Assembly: GCA_965112735.1 (NCBI GenBank)
Contig: OZ218961.1
Span: forward strand, 248,001 to 312,000
Source: Phaeosaccion multiseriatum
Lineage: Eukaryota > Protista > Ochrophyta, other classes
Reading direction: 5' to 3'
DNA: 64,000 nucleotides
The position numbers were made by a program, and so were the translations under genes. Each line of letters starts with the position of its first letter. The first letter of the stretch is position 1. Of the stretch, positions 1 through 13,400 are shown piece by piece. The notes below the pieces were generated by a model that saw only the letters and a program-made list of their open reading frames with translations, did not search any database and had not been told where the DNA came from.

Positions 1-10
1 AGTTGATGAT

Positions 11-42
<32 letters not shown>

Positions 43-203
43 CGTTGGCGCTACAGCAGCAGTTGATGATACAGCAACAGCAGCAACAGATGCACCTGGA
101 GCAGCAGCAGCAGCTGCAGCAGCAACAGCAGATGCAGCAGTTGGTCATACAGCAGCCGTCGCCAGACATCTTTGGGGTGATGGGAAGTGATGACGAAATG
201 TAA
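1..203 (+). CDS. 3' end of a polyglutamine-rich protein (gene begins outside the window)
   Basis: Open (CAG)-rich frame from the window edge to TAA at 201-203, ending PSPDIFGVMGSDDEM; no recognisable domain. Confidence 0.5.
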
Positions 204-659
204 AACGAAGAACACAACATGTGGGTGTGTGTGTGTGTGGGGGGGGGGGCTTCGGAGTGAGTGAGTGAGCTTACGCGTTGTACCGGGATGGGACAGGATG
301 GCAGTGGATGGGAAGGGATGGCAGTAGATGGGAAGGGATGGGAGGTAATGGGAGGTAAGACTGTAAGACTTCAGTACAGTAGCGGCGTTTTATCGCACAG
401 AGGTGCGTATTTAAGGAAGTAATGCTTAGGAGGGGGGGGGGGGGGTTGTGGAGGGGATGGCAGTGGATGGTGCTCGCTTTCGACGGATCGACACTCTTCC
501 TCCTGTCTCTCACTGGACCGACCGCTGAGGCCCGGACTGCTGTGAGCCCCTCTCAATGACTTACTACACCACTCTCATATCAATCCGAAACGCGTACTGC
601 CGAGTCACTTCTTATTTTATTGATCCTCTGACTGACTGCTGAACACCGCCATCTGTGAT

Positions 660-2218
660 TCATACACCTCGTGTATTCTCATCCCTTCCCTTTGTCGCGA
701 ACCTCGCCACTTCTTCAAAGTAATCCTCCTCGTCTTCGCTGTCTTCCTCCTCCCCCGTCTCCTTCCATTGCCATCCCCGATCCTCCTCCTCCTCCTCCTC
801 CCACTCCCCCCCCGCCCCGCCCTCTCGTGCACCTCCATACCCATATGCTCCTTCCCCTGCTCTTCCTCCTTCCCCTCCTACTCCTCCTCCTCCTACTCCT
901 CCTCCTCCTCCTCCTCCTCCTCCTCCTCCGATGTGAGTCCCCGGGGTGTGGTTGTGCCCATATGCCCTGATCTCCCCAAGCTCTGCTGCCCCCCTTAACT
1001 CTCCGGTGTCCTGCCGAGCTCTGATGATGCGGTTTCGACGCTCCATGCCCCACACGTCTGCAGCCATACGGGAAGGGGACACGCACATACACATACACAC
1101 ACGCACGCACACACATACACACACACACATGATGGGAAGTAAGGAAGGCGTCAGGGAGGAGGAGGCATATGGGCAGTGCTCCACACAGCTCCCCCCTCCT
1201 CCTCTCCTCTCCTTCTCCTCCCGCCCTCCTCCTTCCCCCTTCTTCCTCCTCCTCCTCTCCTCTCCTCCTCCCCTCCCCTCCCCCTCCTCCTCCTCCTCCT
1301 CCCCCCCCCCCACTCACCTCCTGGCTGGGCCTTCGGTGGGAGAGGCAGCGGTACCGATAATGACGCGGAGGATCCACCACCTCCTCCTCCCCCTCCTCCT
1401 CCTCCCCCTCCTTCTCCTCCTCCTGCTTCTCCTCTTCCTCCACCGCTGCCATCATCCCCAAACACCCGCTTGAAGAAGCGCATCACCCCTGCCCCTCCTC
1501 CTTCCTCCTCGCCCCCCCTGTGTGCCCCTCGCTCCATCTGATTTCTTCTCTGCTCCTCCTCCTCCTCCTCCCTCCTCCTCCTTTCCGTTGACAAGGCTCG
1601 GTACTCTTCCCTCTGCAGCTGCAGTGCCACCTGTTGGGTTGAGTAAGTCAATGATTTAATGACTTCACTGCACTCCATAGAGTTAATGTTGGAAGAGAGG
1701 GCAGCGAAGATGATTCATTGACTTCCCCTACCTCATAATCGTCCTGCATGGCGCGTTTCTCGCCCTCCTCGAGCGGGTACTTGCGCAGCGCACTGTCCGC
1801 GTCGGCATCAAAGGGGGCGAAGTGGGGGGGTGGAGGCGTAGATCCCAGCATGCCCGCTCCTCCTCCTCCTCCTCCTCCTCCTCCTCCTCCTCCTCCTCCT
1901 CCTCCTCCTCCTCCTCCTCCTCCTCCTCCTACTGCTCCTCCCTCTCCTCCTCCTGCTCCTCCTTCCGCCCCTGCTCTCCCCCCCACCCCCATGCTGCTGC
2001 TACTGCTGCTGTCGCTGCTGCTGCTCCTTCTCCTACCGCTGGTGCCGGGGGGCATGACCTGTTGGTCCACGTGTTGGTGCTCCACTTCTGCCAGTGCCTT
2101 GTAGAGGGGCTCAGCGGCGCGAGGGGGGGGCACCGTACCCTGTAACAGCAGCTCATGAGAGCTCACCTCTCTGTCAAGGGAAGGAAGGAGGGAGGAAGAG
2201 GAAGAGGAGGAGGAGGAA

Positions 2219-2251
<33 letters not shown>

Positions 2252-5200
2252 GAGGAGGGGGAGGAGGGGGAGGAAGAGGAGGAGGAAGAGAGGGAGGAGG
2301 AGGAGGAGGAGGAGGAGGAGGAGGAGGAGGAAGAAGAGAAAGGAGTAAGAGAAAAACATCCCCCTCTCTTCCTCCCGCTCCCTCTCCCTCTGTCCCTCTC
2401 CCTCTGTCTCTCTCTCTCCCTGTCCCTCTCCCTCTCTCTCTCTACACACACCTCCCATAGAAGTCTCTGTTGGCGTCGTTTCGAGTCACCAAAGTTGACG
2501 CCTCCAGAGACACCTGACAGTTACAGTGCGTGTGCGCGTGTTAGTGTGTGTGCGTGCGTGTATGCGTGTGTATGCGTGTGTGAGTGGGTGTGGGTGTTGG
2601 GCCCAGGACATCCAACAAGGCGTTAGTGGAGACCGTTAACGGATGACTCCCTCCCTTCCTCCCTCCCCTCCTCCCTCCCTCCCTCCCTCCTACCTCCCTC
2701 CCTCCCTCCCATCCTTCCTTCCTTCCTCCCCTTCTCCCTCCCTCCCTCCCTCTCTCCCTCCCTCTCCCTCCCTCCCTCCCTCCCTCCCTCCCTTCTGCCT
2801 GCTGCCTGTTGCCTGCCTGTATCCAGGCTTACATACCCCAATAAAAAGCCCCTTCGAGTGAGCATAAGAGAAAGCTGCCGTTACACCTCCATCCCCCGCC
2901 CGAATGTCCGTTGACGCCGTTCGTCCGAGCGGTCCCATTGACATACCGAGCTCCGTGCCCAGTGACACTTGACCCCTAACATTCCGTGTAACATTCCGTG
3001 TAGCATTCATTGGGCAGATACCCCACGCCGCAAACATGGGGAGGGGAGTGGAGTGGAGTGGAGGGGAGTGGAGAGGAGAGGAGAGGAGAGGAGAGGAGAG
3101 GAGAGAAGAGGAGAGGAGAGGAGAGGAGAGGAGAGGCGAGGCGAGGAGAGAAGAAGAGAGGAGAGGAGAGGAGAGGAGAGGAGAGGAGAGGGGAGGAGAG
3201 GAGAGGAGAGGAGAGGAGAGGAGAGGAGAGGAGAGGAGAGGAGAGGAGAGGAGAGGAGAGGAGAGGAGAGGAGAGTAAGGCAGAGGAGTGTGAGGTAGGG
3301 TAGAGGAGAGGAGAGGAGAGTGGGGTAGGGTGGAAGAGAGGAGAGGAGACGAGAGGAGAGGACGGAATATTTCAATAGGAAAGGAGCTGAAGGAACCTTT
3401 TTGGCATGCAATGGACGGGTTCGATACCTCCCCTTCCCCTCCATCCTCCCTCCCTCCCTCCCTCCCTCCCTCCCTCCCTCATTTCCTCCCTTCCTCCCTC
3501 CCTCATTCCCTCCCTTCCTCCCTCCCTCCCTCCATCCTCCCTCCCTCCCCATATGCTTCCACCCACCGTCCCGCAAAGGCCTCTACTGCCGAGTCCGTGT
3601 TGAGCACAATCATGACGTCCGTTACTTCCCCCCCCACTTGGAATCCCCACCCCACCCCCCCCGATCCGATGGCGGATGGGGCAGACCAGCCCCCCTGGGG
3701 AAGGCGAGAAACGACAAGGCCGGAGCCGAATCGTCCGGTGACGAACAGGCCGATCTGAGAAGGAGGAGGAGGAGGAGGAGGAGGAGGAGGAGGAGGAGAA
3801 GGAATGGGAAGCCGTTCCAAAAGTAGAGCAGTACACTAATACACTACGGTAATCGCATAACGTACGAGGTGCTTTGCCTCTGCTCTCTCCCCCTCCTGCT
3901 CCCCCCCCTCTCTTCCTCCTGCTGCTCCTCCTTCCCCCCTCTCTCCCCCTTCTCTCCCTTCTGCTCCTCCTCCTTCCCCCCTCTCTCTCCCCCTTCTCTC
4001 CCTTCTGCTCCTCCTCCTTCCCCCCTCTCTCTCCTTCTCTCTTTCTCCCCGTCTCTTCCTCCCCCCCTCCTCCCCCTCTCCCCCTCTCCCTCCTGCTCCT
4101 CCCCCTCCCCCTCCTCCTTCTCCTCCCCCTCTGCCCCTCCTCTCTCATTGCCTGACTCACTCACTCACTCACTCGCTCACTCACTCACTCACTCACTCAC
4201 TCACTCCCTCACTCACTCCCTCACTCACTAACCTTGACGAATGTGATGAAGGCAAGCCCGCGTGCCTCCCTGATGAGGTCGCTAGGGACGGAGTCGGCTC
4301 CTTCGATGGAGTTATCCGCCGTAAAGTTAATGAGGGTGTTAGCGGCCTTGATGATCTCGTCCTGCTCGGAGGAAGGGGAGGGTGAGGGGGAGGGTGACTG
4401 ACTGACTGGCTGACTGACTGATTGATTGGCTGACTGACTGATTGACTGACTGATTGGCTAACTAACTAACTCACTGACTGACTGACTGATTGGCTGACTG
4501 GCTGACTGGCTGACGGACTGACTCACTGGCTGCCTGATTGAGCGCCTGACTGCCTGCCTCACTGACTGACTGACTGACAGACCGACTACCTGCCTGACTG
4601 ACTGACTGGCATGCCTGACTGCCCTCACCTGGAGATTGGCACCGAGTGGGCTGTTGAGGTACCTGCCACTGCCCGTCCTGTGGCAGAGGAAAGGCGACGT
4701 TACAGGACAAGAGGGCGTTAACGAGCGTCCTGTGGCAGGAAAAAGACGAAGTTAACAGGCCAAGAGGACGTTGGCGAGGGGCCAGACCATGTCAACAACA
4801 CAAGGCGACCGACGATAACATCATCACATGAGGCGAGAGCCACTACGATGATAACAACACGCTAACAACACTGTTAACAACAACAAGCGCTACCCACACG
4901 TTCGTTCACAACACAGTTCACACGTTCGTTAAGGCTCGTTAACGCACCTGCGCAGGGTCTGTGGCATGGCGGAGTGCGTCATTGATTGGCGGAGCTCCTC
5001 TTGGCGCTGACAGAGGGACGGCGCACATGTGTCGCAGCAGCGCTGGGGCTCCCTGGAGGGGGGGGGGCAGTGGATGGCAGTGGATGGCAGTGGAGGGCAG
5101 TGGATGGCCAGGGTTGGATTGGGCAGGTGTATAGGTAGGCATATGGGCAGGTAGGCAGGCATACAGGCAGGCCGGCAGAACGCCCCCCTATTGAACATAA

Positions 5201-6358
5201 GGAGGGCTCGATCGACTCAACACGCTCTTTGCAATGCACCCTTCACTCACTCACCCACTCCACTCCATTCACTCACTCCACTCACTCACCCACTCACTCA
5301 CTCCACTCACTCACTCACTCACTCACTCACTCCACTCACTCACTCCACTCACTCACTCACTCACTCACCCACTCACTCACCCACTCACTCACTCACTCAC
5401 TCACTCACCCACTCACCCACTCACTCACTCACTCACTCACTCACTCACTCACTCACTCACTCACCCACTCACTCACCCACTCCACTCCGTCCACTCACTC
5501 CCTCCCCTATCCATCCATAATGACAGTAAGACAGCAGCTGCACGCACCCGCACACATGATGAGCGGACGGGATGGACGGGGTGGGCCTACCCATCAGACA
5601 GACCTTCCCTTCTTTTTCTATTTTATTACTACTTGTACCTGGGATCGAACTCGGAGAGGCCGAGGATGACGTCAGGAGGGGGCAGCACGATCTCATCCAA
5701 GGGGACAAGGAGGCGCGATGTGCTGCATGAGTCACAAAAGATACGCCCACAGTGCCTTGGGGGGTGGGGGTGGGGGAGGGAGGGAGGGAGGGAGGGAGGG
5801 AGGGAGGGAGGGAGGGAGGGAGGGAGGGAGGGAGGGAGGGAGGGAGGGAGGGAGGGAGGGAGGGAGGGAGAGAGGGAGGGAGTGGGTGCGTGGTAGGGCG
5901 GGGATTCTACTGAAAGGCGACGCACCACGACAAAGAGGGATAGCTGCTGCTGTATCACCAACTACTACTGCTGCTACTTGCTGCTAGTGGCGTGCAGGGG
6001 AGAGATGGGGGCTAGTTGTGGTCTGCTATATATATATATATATATATATATATAGGAGACCCCCCTCCTCCTCCCACTCCTTCTCGTCCTCGCCTTCATG
6101 ACTAGACCGGCAAGCTCTGGGCATACGTATGCACATGCATACATACCTGCAGTGATGTTTCCGCGTGAGTGGACCAAACTTCTTGGTGCATTTCTCGCAG
6201 TTTGTCCTGTCCCCGTCGATCACCCAGCGCGGCACGAACTGAGAGCGAAGGTTGAAAGCCGCCTCCTCCCCCCTGCTGCTGCGCTGCCGATGTCGACGCT
6301 GGTGCGTTTGCTGGGCCTCCGCTGCAGTAGGGGCGTACAAGGCGGCCTCTGGCATCAT
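660..6358 (-). CDS. FYVE zinc finger + SYLF/Ysc84 (DUF500) domain protein, SH3YL1-like, about 11 exons
   Basis: FYVE motifs split over exons: WVIDGDRTNCEKCTKKFGPLTRKHHCR (~6147-6358), HCGRIFCDSCS (~5636-5757), RCCDTC (~4949-5056). SYLF motifs: REARGLAFITFVK (~4231-4363), IGLFVTGRFGSGLVVSRLPQGGWSAPSAIG...GFQVGGEVTD (~3575-3756), FSYAHSKGLFIG (~2835-2975), VSLEASTLVTRNDANRDFYG. GT-AG boundaries keep frame where checked. Confidence 0.88.
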
Positions 6359-6790
6359 GGTCACCGCAGATCTCCTCCTCCGCTTCCCCTCTTTGTTGTC
6401 GCTGGTCCAGACGTCGTCCAGGTTAGCCTCCTTTCGATCCAGCTATGCTCTGTCCCTCACCGTGACTACTGTAGGCGACAATTTCAGGCTGTGACGCCTA
6501 CGGAGAGTGCAGTTGCTGCTGTGGTGTGTTTGCTGTGTTGTGCTGCAGCTCTCATCCTCCTCTCAAAGAGGCTTCAAGGAGAACTTCGGAGCCGGAGGGA
6601 ACAGTAAAGTGAGCTCTTCTCCAAGGCAGGCAGGCAGGCAGATAAGGAGGTCAGGAAGTCAGGAATGGTGAAAGTGAGAAGGGGAGGAGGGGGGGTTATT
6701 TAAAAGAAGAGGGTTGAGGGTTGTGCACGACCAGTTGGCCCGCTCAGTGCTTCACGTACTCCTCATCCAAGAGATCACAGGCTGGCTAAA

Positions 6791-7705
6791 ATGCTTGCCA
6801 CGGCCTTGGCGAATCCCGAGCTGTTCCATCCCGTCTTGGGGTACGTGGGAAATGGGCACTTCTGCTTCGTGGGAGGCGCGAGAAAGGAGTGGAAGGCTAG
6901 CTACACAGCTTTGTATCCAGCAGTGGAGACAGCGTTTTCGTCTGTGGTCAGCTCAGTGGAGTGCGTGAACTGGGCGACAGGTCGGCAGGGCCTCGAGCTG
7001 AGTGTCAAGCTCTTCAAGGCCGCTGCCCGGCACGGAGATGTCGAGGTATGCAAGGCCCTCCATGGCAAGGACTGTCCCTGGGATGAACTGGCGTGTCACG
7101 AAACAGCGCAGAACAGAGAGCATGGCCTGAGCGTACTCAAGTGGCTGCGCTCAGAGGACCTTCCCGACAAGGAGCAGTGCCCATGGGACGGCTCCTATAT
7201 GTGTTGCCGAGCTGCAAGTAAAGGGCGCTTAGATATGCTCAAGTGGTTGCTGTCGGACGACGGTGGGGCAGACTTTGATGCCGTCTCTTGGAACGACGCA
7301 TGTAAAGGTGGGCATATTCCCGTCGTGGAATGGCTTCTGGACCATCCTCCCACGAGAGCCGTGCTGGAAGATAATGATTATGAAGAGTGGCGCCATGGGG
7401 CTTGGTTTGCAGCTGCAAAGGGCCGTCTCGAGGTGCTGCAGTTCCTCCACGCCAATGCTCGCCACCTCTGTGATTGGGATGCTGTGGTCTGTGTGCGTGC
7501 AGTCGTGCATGGTAAGCACCTTGCTGTGCTGAAGTGGCTCAGATCGGAGGAAGTGCAGTGCGAGTGGGATGAAACGTCGTGCCCGCAGGTCATCAGGGAC
7601 AGAGAGTTTAACGAGGGCGCGGTATGGGGAATCGACGCCAAAACCTTTGAGGATATCAAGCAATGGGTGCACGCCAATGGGCACCCCTGCGACTGCGAGG
7701 ACTGA
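6791..7705 (+). CDS. F-box-like + ankyrin-like repeat protein, family copy 1 (divergent, shorter N-terminus)
   Basis: Intronless 304-aa ORF with repeats CPWD..C..AA..G.L..LKWL, paralogous to six other copies in the window; lacks the METRLQRRR leader. Confidence 0.85.
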   Translation: MLATALANPELFHPVLGYVGNGHFCFVGGARKEWKASYTALYPAVETAFSSVVSSVECVNWATGRQGLELSVKLFKAAARHGDVEVCKALHGKDCPWDELACHETAQNREHGLSVLKWLRSEDLPDKEQCPWDGSYMCCRAASKGRLDMLKWLLSDDGGADFDAVSWNDACKGGHIPVVEWLLDHPPTRAVLEDNDYEEWRHGAWFAAAKGRLEVLQFLHANARHLCDWDAVVCVRAVVHGKHLAVLKWLRSEEVQCEWDETSCPQVIRDREFNEGAVWGIDAKTFEDIKQWVHANGHPCDCED

Positions 7706-8058
7706 GGAGAGGCAGTGGTGTGTCGAGTCGGGCCAAGGGCAAGCATGAAGGGTAGGGAGGGCACCTTCCACACACACACCCTCTGGGACGAGTCCCACAA
7801 GCTCATCGGAGACTTGAGCGGGAGGACGAAGGGGACAGGCTACAGGGGAGAGGGGCGGAGAAGGGACGGGGAAGTGTCTCCGACTTGAGAGTGGAGAGAG
7901 GAGAGAGGAGAGAGTGGAGGCATGATGAGAGCTTGAGGCATGGCATGGCTTCAGCCCAGGGGCAGGGCAGAGCCCCCGGGGAGCAGCGGTGTCAGCGATG
8001 TCGATCACTGGCCACTAGGAGGGTGCATTGTGTTTTATTGAATGTCGTGTCATATCAG

Positions 8059-8200
8059 GGAGTGGGTGAGTGAGTGAGTTAGTTTGTGAGAGTGGGTGGG
8101 TGAGTGAGTTAGTTTGTGAGAGTGGGTGAGTGAGTGAGTTAGTTTGTGAGAGTGGGTGAGTGAGTGAGTTAGTTTGTGAGAGTGGGTGAGTGAGTGTGTG
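8059..8200 (+). repeat. 30-bp minisatellite (gagtgggtgagtgagtgagttagtttgtga)n downstream of ankyrin genes
   Basis: Tandem copies here, with different copy numbers at ~14987-15205 and ~21211-21282. Confidence 0.85.
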
Positions 8201-8514
8201 ATTGAGGGAACGAGAGAGTAGGAACCCCAGGAAGCAGAACACCGCTACCAATAAAGTACAGAGGCAAACCCTTTTGCTATGTAGGGACGCGGCGGAGCAA
8301 ATATTTATTGATTTGAAACGGAATCACCTACAGAAACTGAAAGTGTGAATGTGAGTGTGTGTGCGTGTGTGTGTGTGTGTGTGTTAGTAAAGGGCTGTCA
8401 ACGGTGGCCAGGGGGGTTGGTCGAGGGAAGGCATCAGGGAGGATGTTTTGTTGGGCCTTTGTTGCCTCAGGGCCTCGACATCCAGACTCACAGATGGCGG
8501 GCCTGGCAGACCCG

Positions 8515-9122
8515 TGGCCAAGCAGATGGAGATGGACATCGTGACTCCCCCCAGGATGTTTGAGCTTCCATCCGATCATGAATATGGGGACGGCCACAAG
8601 TCCCTCATGATCGACGTCACGCTCACGGATGCCACCAACATTACCAATCGGGCCAAGGCATCGAAGGAGGCACTCGCGGCAGCCAAGAAGGCTGAAGCAA
8701 CCAAGCGCACCAGGTATGGTGTGCCACATGGAGGCATGGAGGGCCAGGGTGGAGACATCCACTATGACCCCACGAGGTATCATCTCGTCCCTTTTGGGAT
8801 GGAGCAGCAAGGTGCATTTGGTCCGTCAGCACAGATGTTTATCAAAACACTCGCCACCCACATGGCTGGGGGGCACGAACATCTTGACATGAGGGCTTAC
8901 GCGAGAGCTGTTTGCGTCATTCGGCGACGATTAGCCGTAGCGCTCCAGAGGGCCCGACACGAACGATCGGTTCGACACAGGATCCTGGCTGGTATCAACT
9001 TTGTTCCAATGGGGAGAACTGATGAGTCAGAGGGACACGACCTCGAGGGCTAAGTTCCCCGGGGCGGTGAGACATTACTTTTAGACAACCATAGATGGCA
9101 CTTAAGGGTGTAATATATATGA
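8515..9122 (+). mobile_element. 5'-truncated non-LTR retrotransposon (restriction-like endonuclease end, CRE/R2/NeSL type)
   Basis: Encodes MD...IDVT...AAAKKAEATKRTRY...LVPFGMEQQGAFG...F...LAVALQR, the PD-(D/E)xK RLE C-terminal pattern. Ends in a short 3' UTR and (TA)n, flanked by direct repeat agacccg (8508-8514, 9123-9129). The empty site is visible in paralogous units at ~21430-21530 and ~62770-62860. Confidence 0.8.
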
Positions 9123-9250
9123 AGACCCGGAGCTCTTAGACCCAGCTCCATACAAGATATACGGGCCGCAAGACCTCCCACGCGTGAATAAAGTAGGCAG
9201 CATAAGGAAGGGGGTGAGGCTGATAGAAAGAAAGGATTCTGCTGGCGCTG

Positions 9251-9492
9251 GTAAGTGCCTGCTACCGGAGATTGCCCGCCCCTCTCTTTGAGGGGGGAGC
9301 AAGACGGGGGAACAACATCAGAAGGATGCTGGCCATCTGGTCTCTCTGCTGCTGCCCTTCCTCCACAGCCGCTCACTCTCTCTCTCTCTCTCTCTCTCTC
9401 TGCTCCGCTCCGCCTTTCCTTCCGCTCCCCCCACCTTCATCAACTTACCTCCTCCAGCCAGCCGGTGCTTACTTACTCGCCTTTATCCCAAG
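9251..9492 (+). other. Probable 5'-UTR intron of the ankyrin gene family
   Basis: ctg|gtaagt donor, (CT)n tract and cccaag| acceptor about 18 nt before the ATG; the arrangement is conserved upstream of copies 2-6. Confidence 0.55.
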
Positions 9493-10496
9493 TCCTGTTT
9501 CGACGAAACAATGGAGACGAGGCTGCAGCGGAGGAGAACGGTATTGGGGCACGGGGAGACGCCGCATGACTCTGCGCAGGGAAGGAGGCTGAGACGGTCT
9601 CCAGCAACAACAGCATGTGGGGGTGCCAGTGTTACCGCTGCTTCAAGTTCCGGATACAATGGGCTGCTCTTTGAAGCTTGCCACGAGGCCCTCGAGAATC
9701 TCGAGCTGCTTCGTGCCATCTTGGCCCACTTGGGAAAGGGGCACCTCTGCTTCGTGGCTGGTGTGAGCAAGGAGTGGAAGGCCAGCTACACCGCTTTGTA
9801 TCCAGCAGTGAAGACAGCGTTTTCGTCTGTGGTCAGCTCATTGGAGTGTGTGAACTGGGCGACAGGTCGGCAGGGCCTCGAGCTAACTGAGGAGCTCTTC
9901 AGGGCCGCTGCCCGGCACGGAGATGTCGAGGTATGCAAGGCCCTCCATGGCAAGGACTGTCCCTGGGATGAAGATGTGTGTCACGAAACAGCGGAGAACA
10001 GCAAGCATGGCCTGAGCGTTCTCAAGTGGCTCCGCTCAGAGGACCTTCCCGACAAGGAGGAGTGCCCATGGAACGCTAGCGGCTGGGTCATGTGTGTCCT
10101 AGCTGCACTTGAAGGGCGCTTAGATATGCTCAAGTGGTTGCTGTCGGACGACGGTGGGGCAGACTTTCGTGCCATCTCTTGGAACATCGCATGTGAAGGA
10201 GGGGATATTCGCGTCGTGGAATGGCTTCTCTCGGCCCCTGACAAGGTTCTGAGGCGACCCTGGCCAGAACCTGGAACCCGGCCGGCTGGCGCCGGCCAGA
10301 ACCTGGAACCTGACCCAGCTCTTCGGTTCCAGGTTAGGGGTGACTGAGGGAAAGAGGGACTGATGCCCAGCCCTGAGTGCCCATCGTGTGTGGCTGGGAC
10401 CGCAAAATAGTATACAAATAATAAAAAAATAGTATACGTCATGTACATTTTATAATGGAGAGTTCAGAGTTCTTTCGCGCGCGCCAACCTACTAGC

Positions 10497-13400
10497 CTAC
10501 CCTTCGCGGCACGCCGGACAAAACCAATCCCCCCCAGGTACCTCAGTGAGAGGAGGCGTCAGACAGCCGAGGTGATACTCTCCACCACACGCGTCAGTAT
10601 CACATAGCAGCATGTGTGGACGCTCCTCTGTGACGTCCTGCCTGCACACCACACACACTGTCCCTCCCCTCCTCTTCTTGCCGATGTGCAAATCTCTGTA
10701 ACTCACTGGCGCCCCTGTCGACCGGCCCCGGGACGACCTCGTGCTGACCATAACTCCCAGCTTGCGCTGATGAGGCGTGCTTTCTTCTCCCTCGTCTTCA
10801 CTGTCCTCGTCTTCTGATGCGACCTCCTCCTCCTCATCTGCTTCGCGTAAGCCTCGATTTTGCCTGTCGATATCCTCTTTGCTTGAGTCATTGACAATAC
10901 CGACGATGCTGTCATGCTCCTCCTCCGTGATGGTAAAGCGCATCAAGCGCCTGGTCAAAAGTGTCTGCATGGTCGGGCTGGTGGTGGCGACATCAGAGGG
11001 GACTGACAAAGCGCTTTGACCCTTCCCTCCCTTCTTCTTGCCCTTCTTTTTTTGCTTTCCCTCCGTCCCAACTGAGAAGCCTTCGTACTGGTAGGCCGCG
11101 TTGCCGAACGAAGTCAACGCACCATAAATCGCCTCCACGTTCACGCTTGCATCATGGGTGTAGTTGTATCCACATCACCGGAGCCACGCTTTGCTTCATC
11201 CCCACCTGCGCTGCCCTTGAAAAAATGTCGCACGCCCGGGTGTGAAGGCTCTACTGTCTTTCCCATCTTCACTGTCTTTCCAGCTCCTCTGCGGACCTTT
11301 TTGTACGCCTCCTTTACGTCTTCTCTTAGCTGGACCACAAAGAAGAGCTCATTGCCCGAGCCATTCGCAGCCTTCACGTAGACCAGATTTCCCTCTTGGT
11401 GCACGATCTGGGTGCCCGTGCTGCTCTGCCCCCCCCCTCCACCCCTGAAGCTGCTCGAACCTGGCTTATACCCAGACGTGTCATCACCCAGACTCTCGAT
11501 CTTGTCGTACGCGATTGACAGGGGAAGAGAACCAACTTGGGCCTTTCCCTTGTCTGTGACCCGCGTTACGCGTGATGGCCTCATGATTCGAGCCGCCTGA
11601 CGAAGTATACGCAGCTCCTGCTCTCGCGTCGCTTGCTCCGCTGGAGACAGAGAGCGTGCGTGAACTTTCCTTCTCATGTAGACGGGGGCAGCGACACGCC
11701 TGCTGAAATTGAGAGAGTGGTGGTAGTGGCCGCGGAACGTTTGCTGGCCGCTGGACCTGCTGTCCGTGTTGTAGACATATCCCCTGCCACCACTCCATCG
11801 CTTCGCCATCTCAACCCCGACAATCTGTCGCCGTCGAAGCACTTGGAGCACATCTGGAATGTTGGTGTTCCCCCCACCCCCATTGCGGTACTGCGTGAAG
11901 CTGGTCTCCACATTTAAGGTGAGCAATGCCTTAGCCATAATCTTGTCGGTCACACGTGCAGGCACTCCCTGCAGGACAAGAGAGACCCAAAGTGGAGCAA
12001 GGGAGCATCGGTATAGGAGGAGGGGGAGATGGGGGAAATGTCAGCGCAAGATAAAAAATAGCAAGGCAGACAGGCAGTGGGCTCTTCCCCTCCGTCGTGT
12101 CGTGGCACTTGTGACTCACCTCCTCCTTCAGCCTCTTCATCAGCTTCGAGAAGGCGATGACGGCGCACTTGATGCTCTTCCTTAGCGAAGGCGAGATGGC
12201 GCCCTCGGGCCCCTGAACGGATGCGAGCGACTTCCCGGTCCGCTTTGCGGCGTCCTCTGCCAGCTTTTCGACGTGGAGGTGCACAGAGGCCATCTTGGCT
12301 GCAGACTCGGTCAATGACTTGGCATTTCTGTGCATGTCCACGCCGTCAACAGCGCAGGAAGGGAGGAGCTGGTACGCCTCGGCCAAGCGCCGGAGCATTG
12401 GAAGAAGGCACTCCGCTAGAGGGTACATGTCCGTAAGAAGCCGGATACACTGTGTGCCACTGTCTGAGAACAGGAAACTTTTCCCACCAAGGAAGCAGCC
12501 CCAGGTAGGTTTGAAGAGAGCGACCATTTTGGCCGTGCCGCTCCCAGTGCTCTTGCCCGCTTTGTCGTTGCCGATGCCGCCTGCCACCACACGTACAGTC
12601 CATTGCTCTGTGGCAGCACTCTGCCACAACATCTTGACGGAGTGGTCGCCTTGATCAACCACGTACATGACGTGTCTCGCATCCGCATCTTCGGACACCT
12701 CAGTCGGTGCTGCATGCAATCCACAGGGCGCCTCGCCAACGCTCTCCACTGCGAGCAATAGATACCCTCCACCCTCTCCCGCCCCCCCCCTCACCCCTCT
12801 AGACTCTCCTCCAGCTCTGCTCCTCGTGCGATGCTCATTCCGCGCTTCGACCGTCTCTGCAGAATCCTTCTCCTCCTCCACCTCCGCCCCCTGTCCCCTT
12901 CCCCCCCCCCTCCGCCTCCTCCTCCTCCTCCTTCTCCTCCTCCTCCTCCTCCTCCTCCTCCTCCTCCTCCTCCTCCTCCTCCTCCTCCTCCTCCTCCTCC
13001 TCTACCTTCTCCTCCTCCTCTTCCTCCTTCTGCTCTTCTCTCCCCTCCTTTTCTTCGTCTTGTCGGGAAGATCTGTCCAACACGAACAAGGACCTATCCA
13101 CGAGTACTGCAATGCAAGAAGCCGAAAGAGCAGTCACACCTGCCGGCTCTCCGGGAAGCGAGGCGACCACAGTGCAAAGGGCAGAGGTGGGGTCGCGCGC
13201 TCGAAAGGAGAGCTGAACGAGCCCCCCTTTACGCCCCGGCAGCTGCTGAGACACGAAAAGATCGTAGTCCTTGTCCGAGCCCAAGCCTACACACACCGCA
13301 ATGGGACTCCGAAGCGGCATGAAGTGCTCAACGACCTTCCCTGGGGCGTCACCTTGACTTTGCTGCAGTGTCTGCACTATCTTGAGCTCGGCTTTCTTCT

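Noticed and set aside
8448-9053. 201-aa ORF (and its twin 15478-16083) as a partner gene of the ankyrin genes
   Set aside because: It starts at a non-ATG codon in flanking DNA, is bounded by a TSD, is absent from other units and has a shorter truncated sibling, so it is a retroelement fragment.
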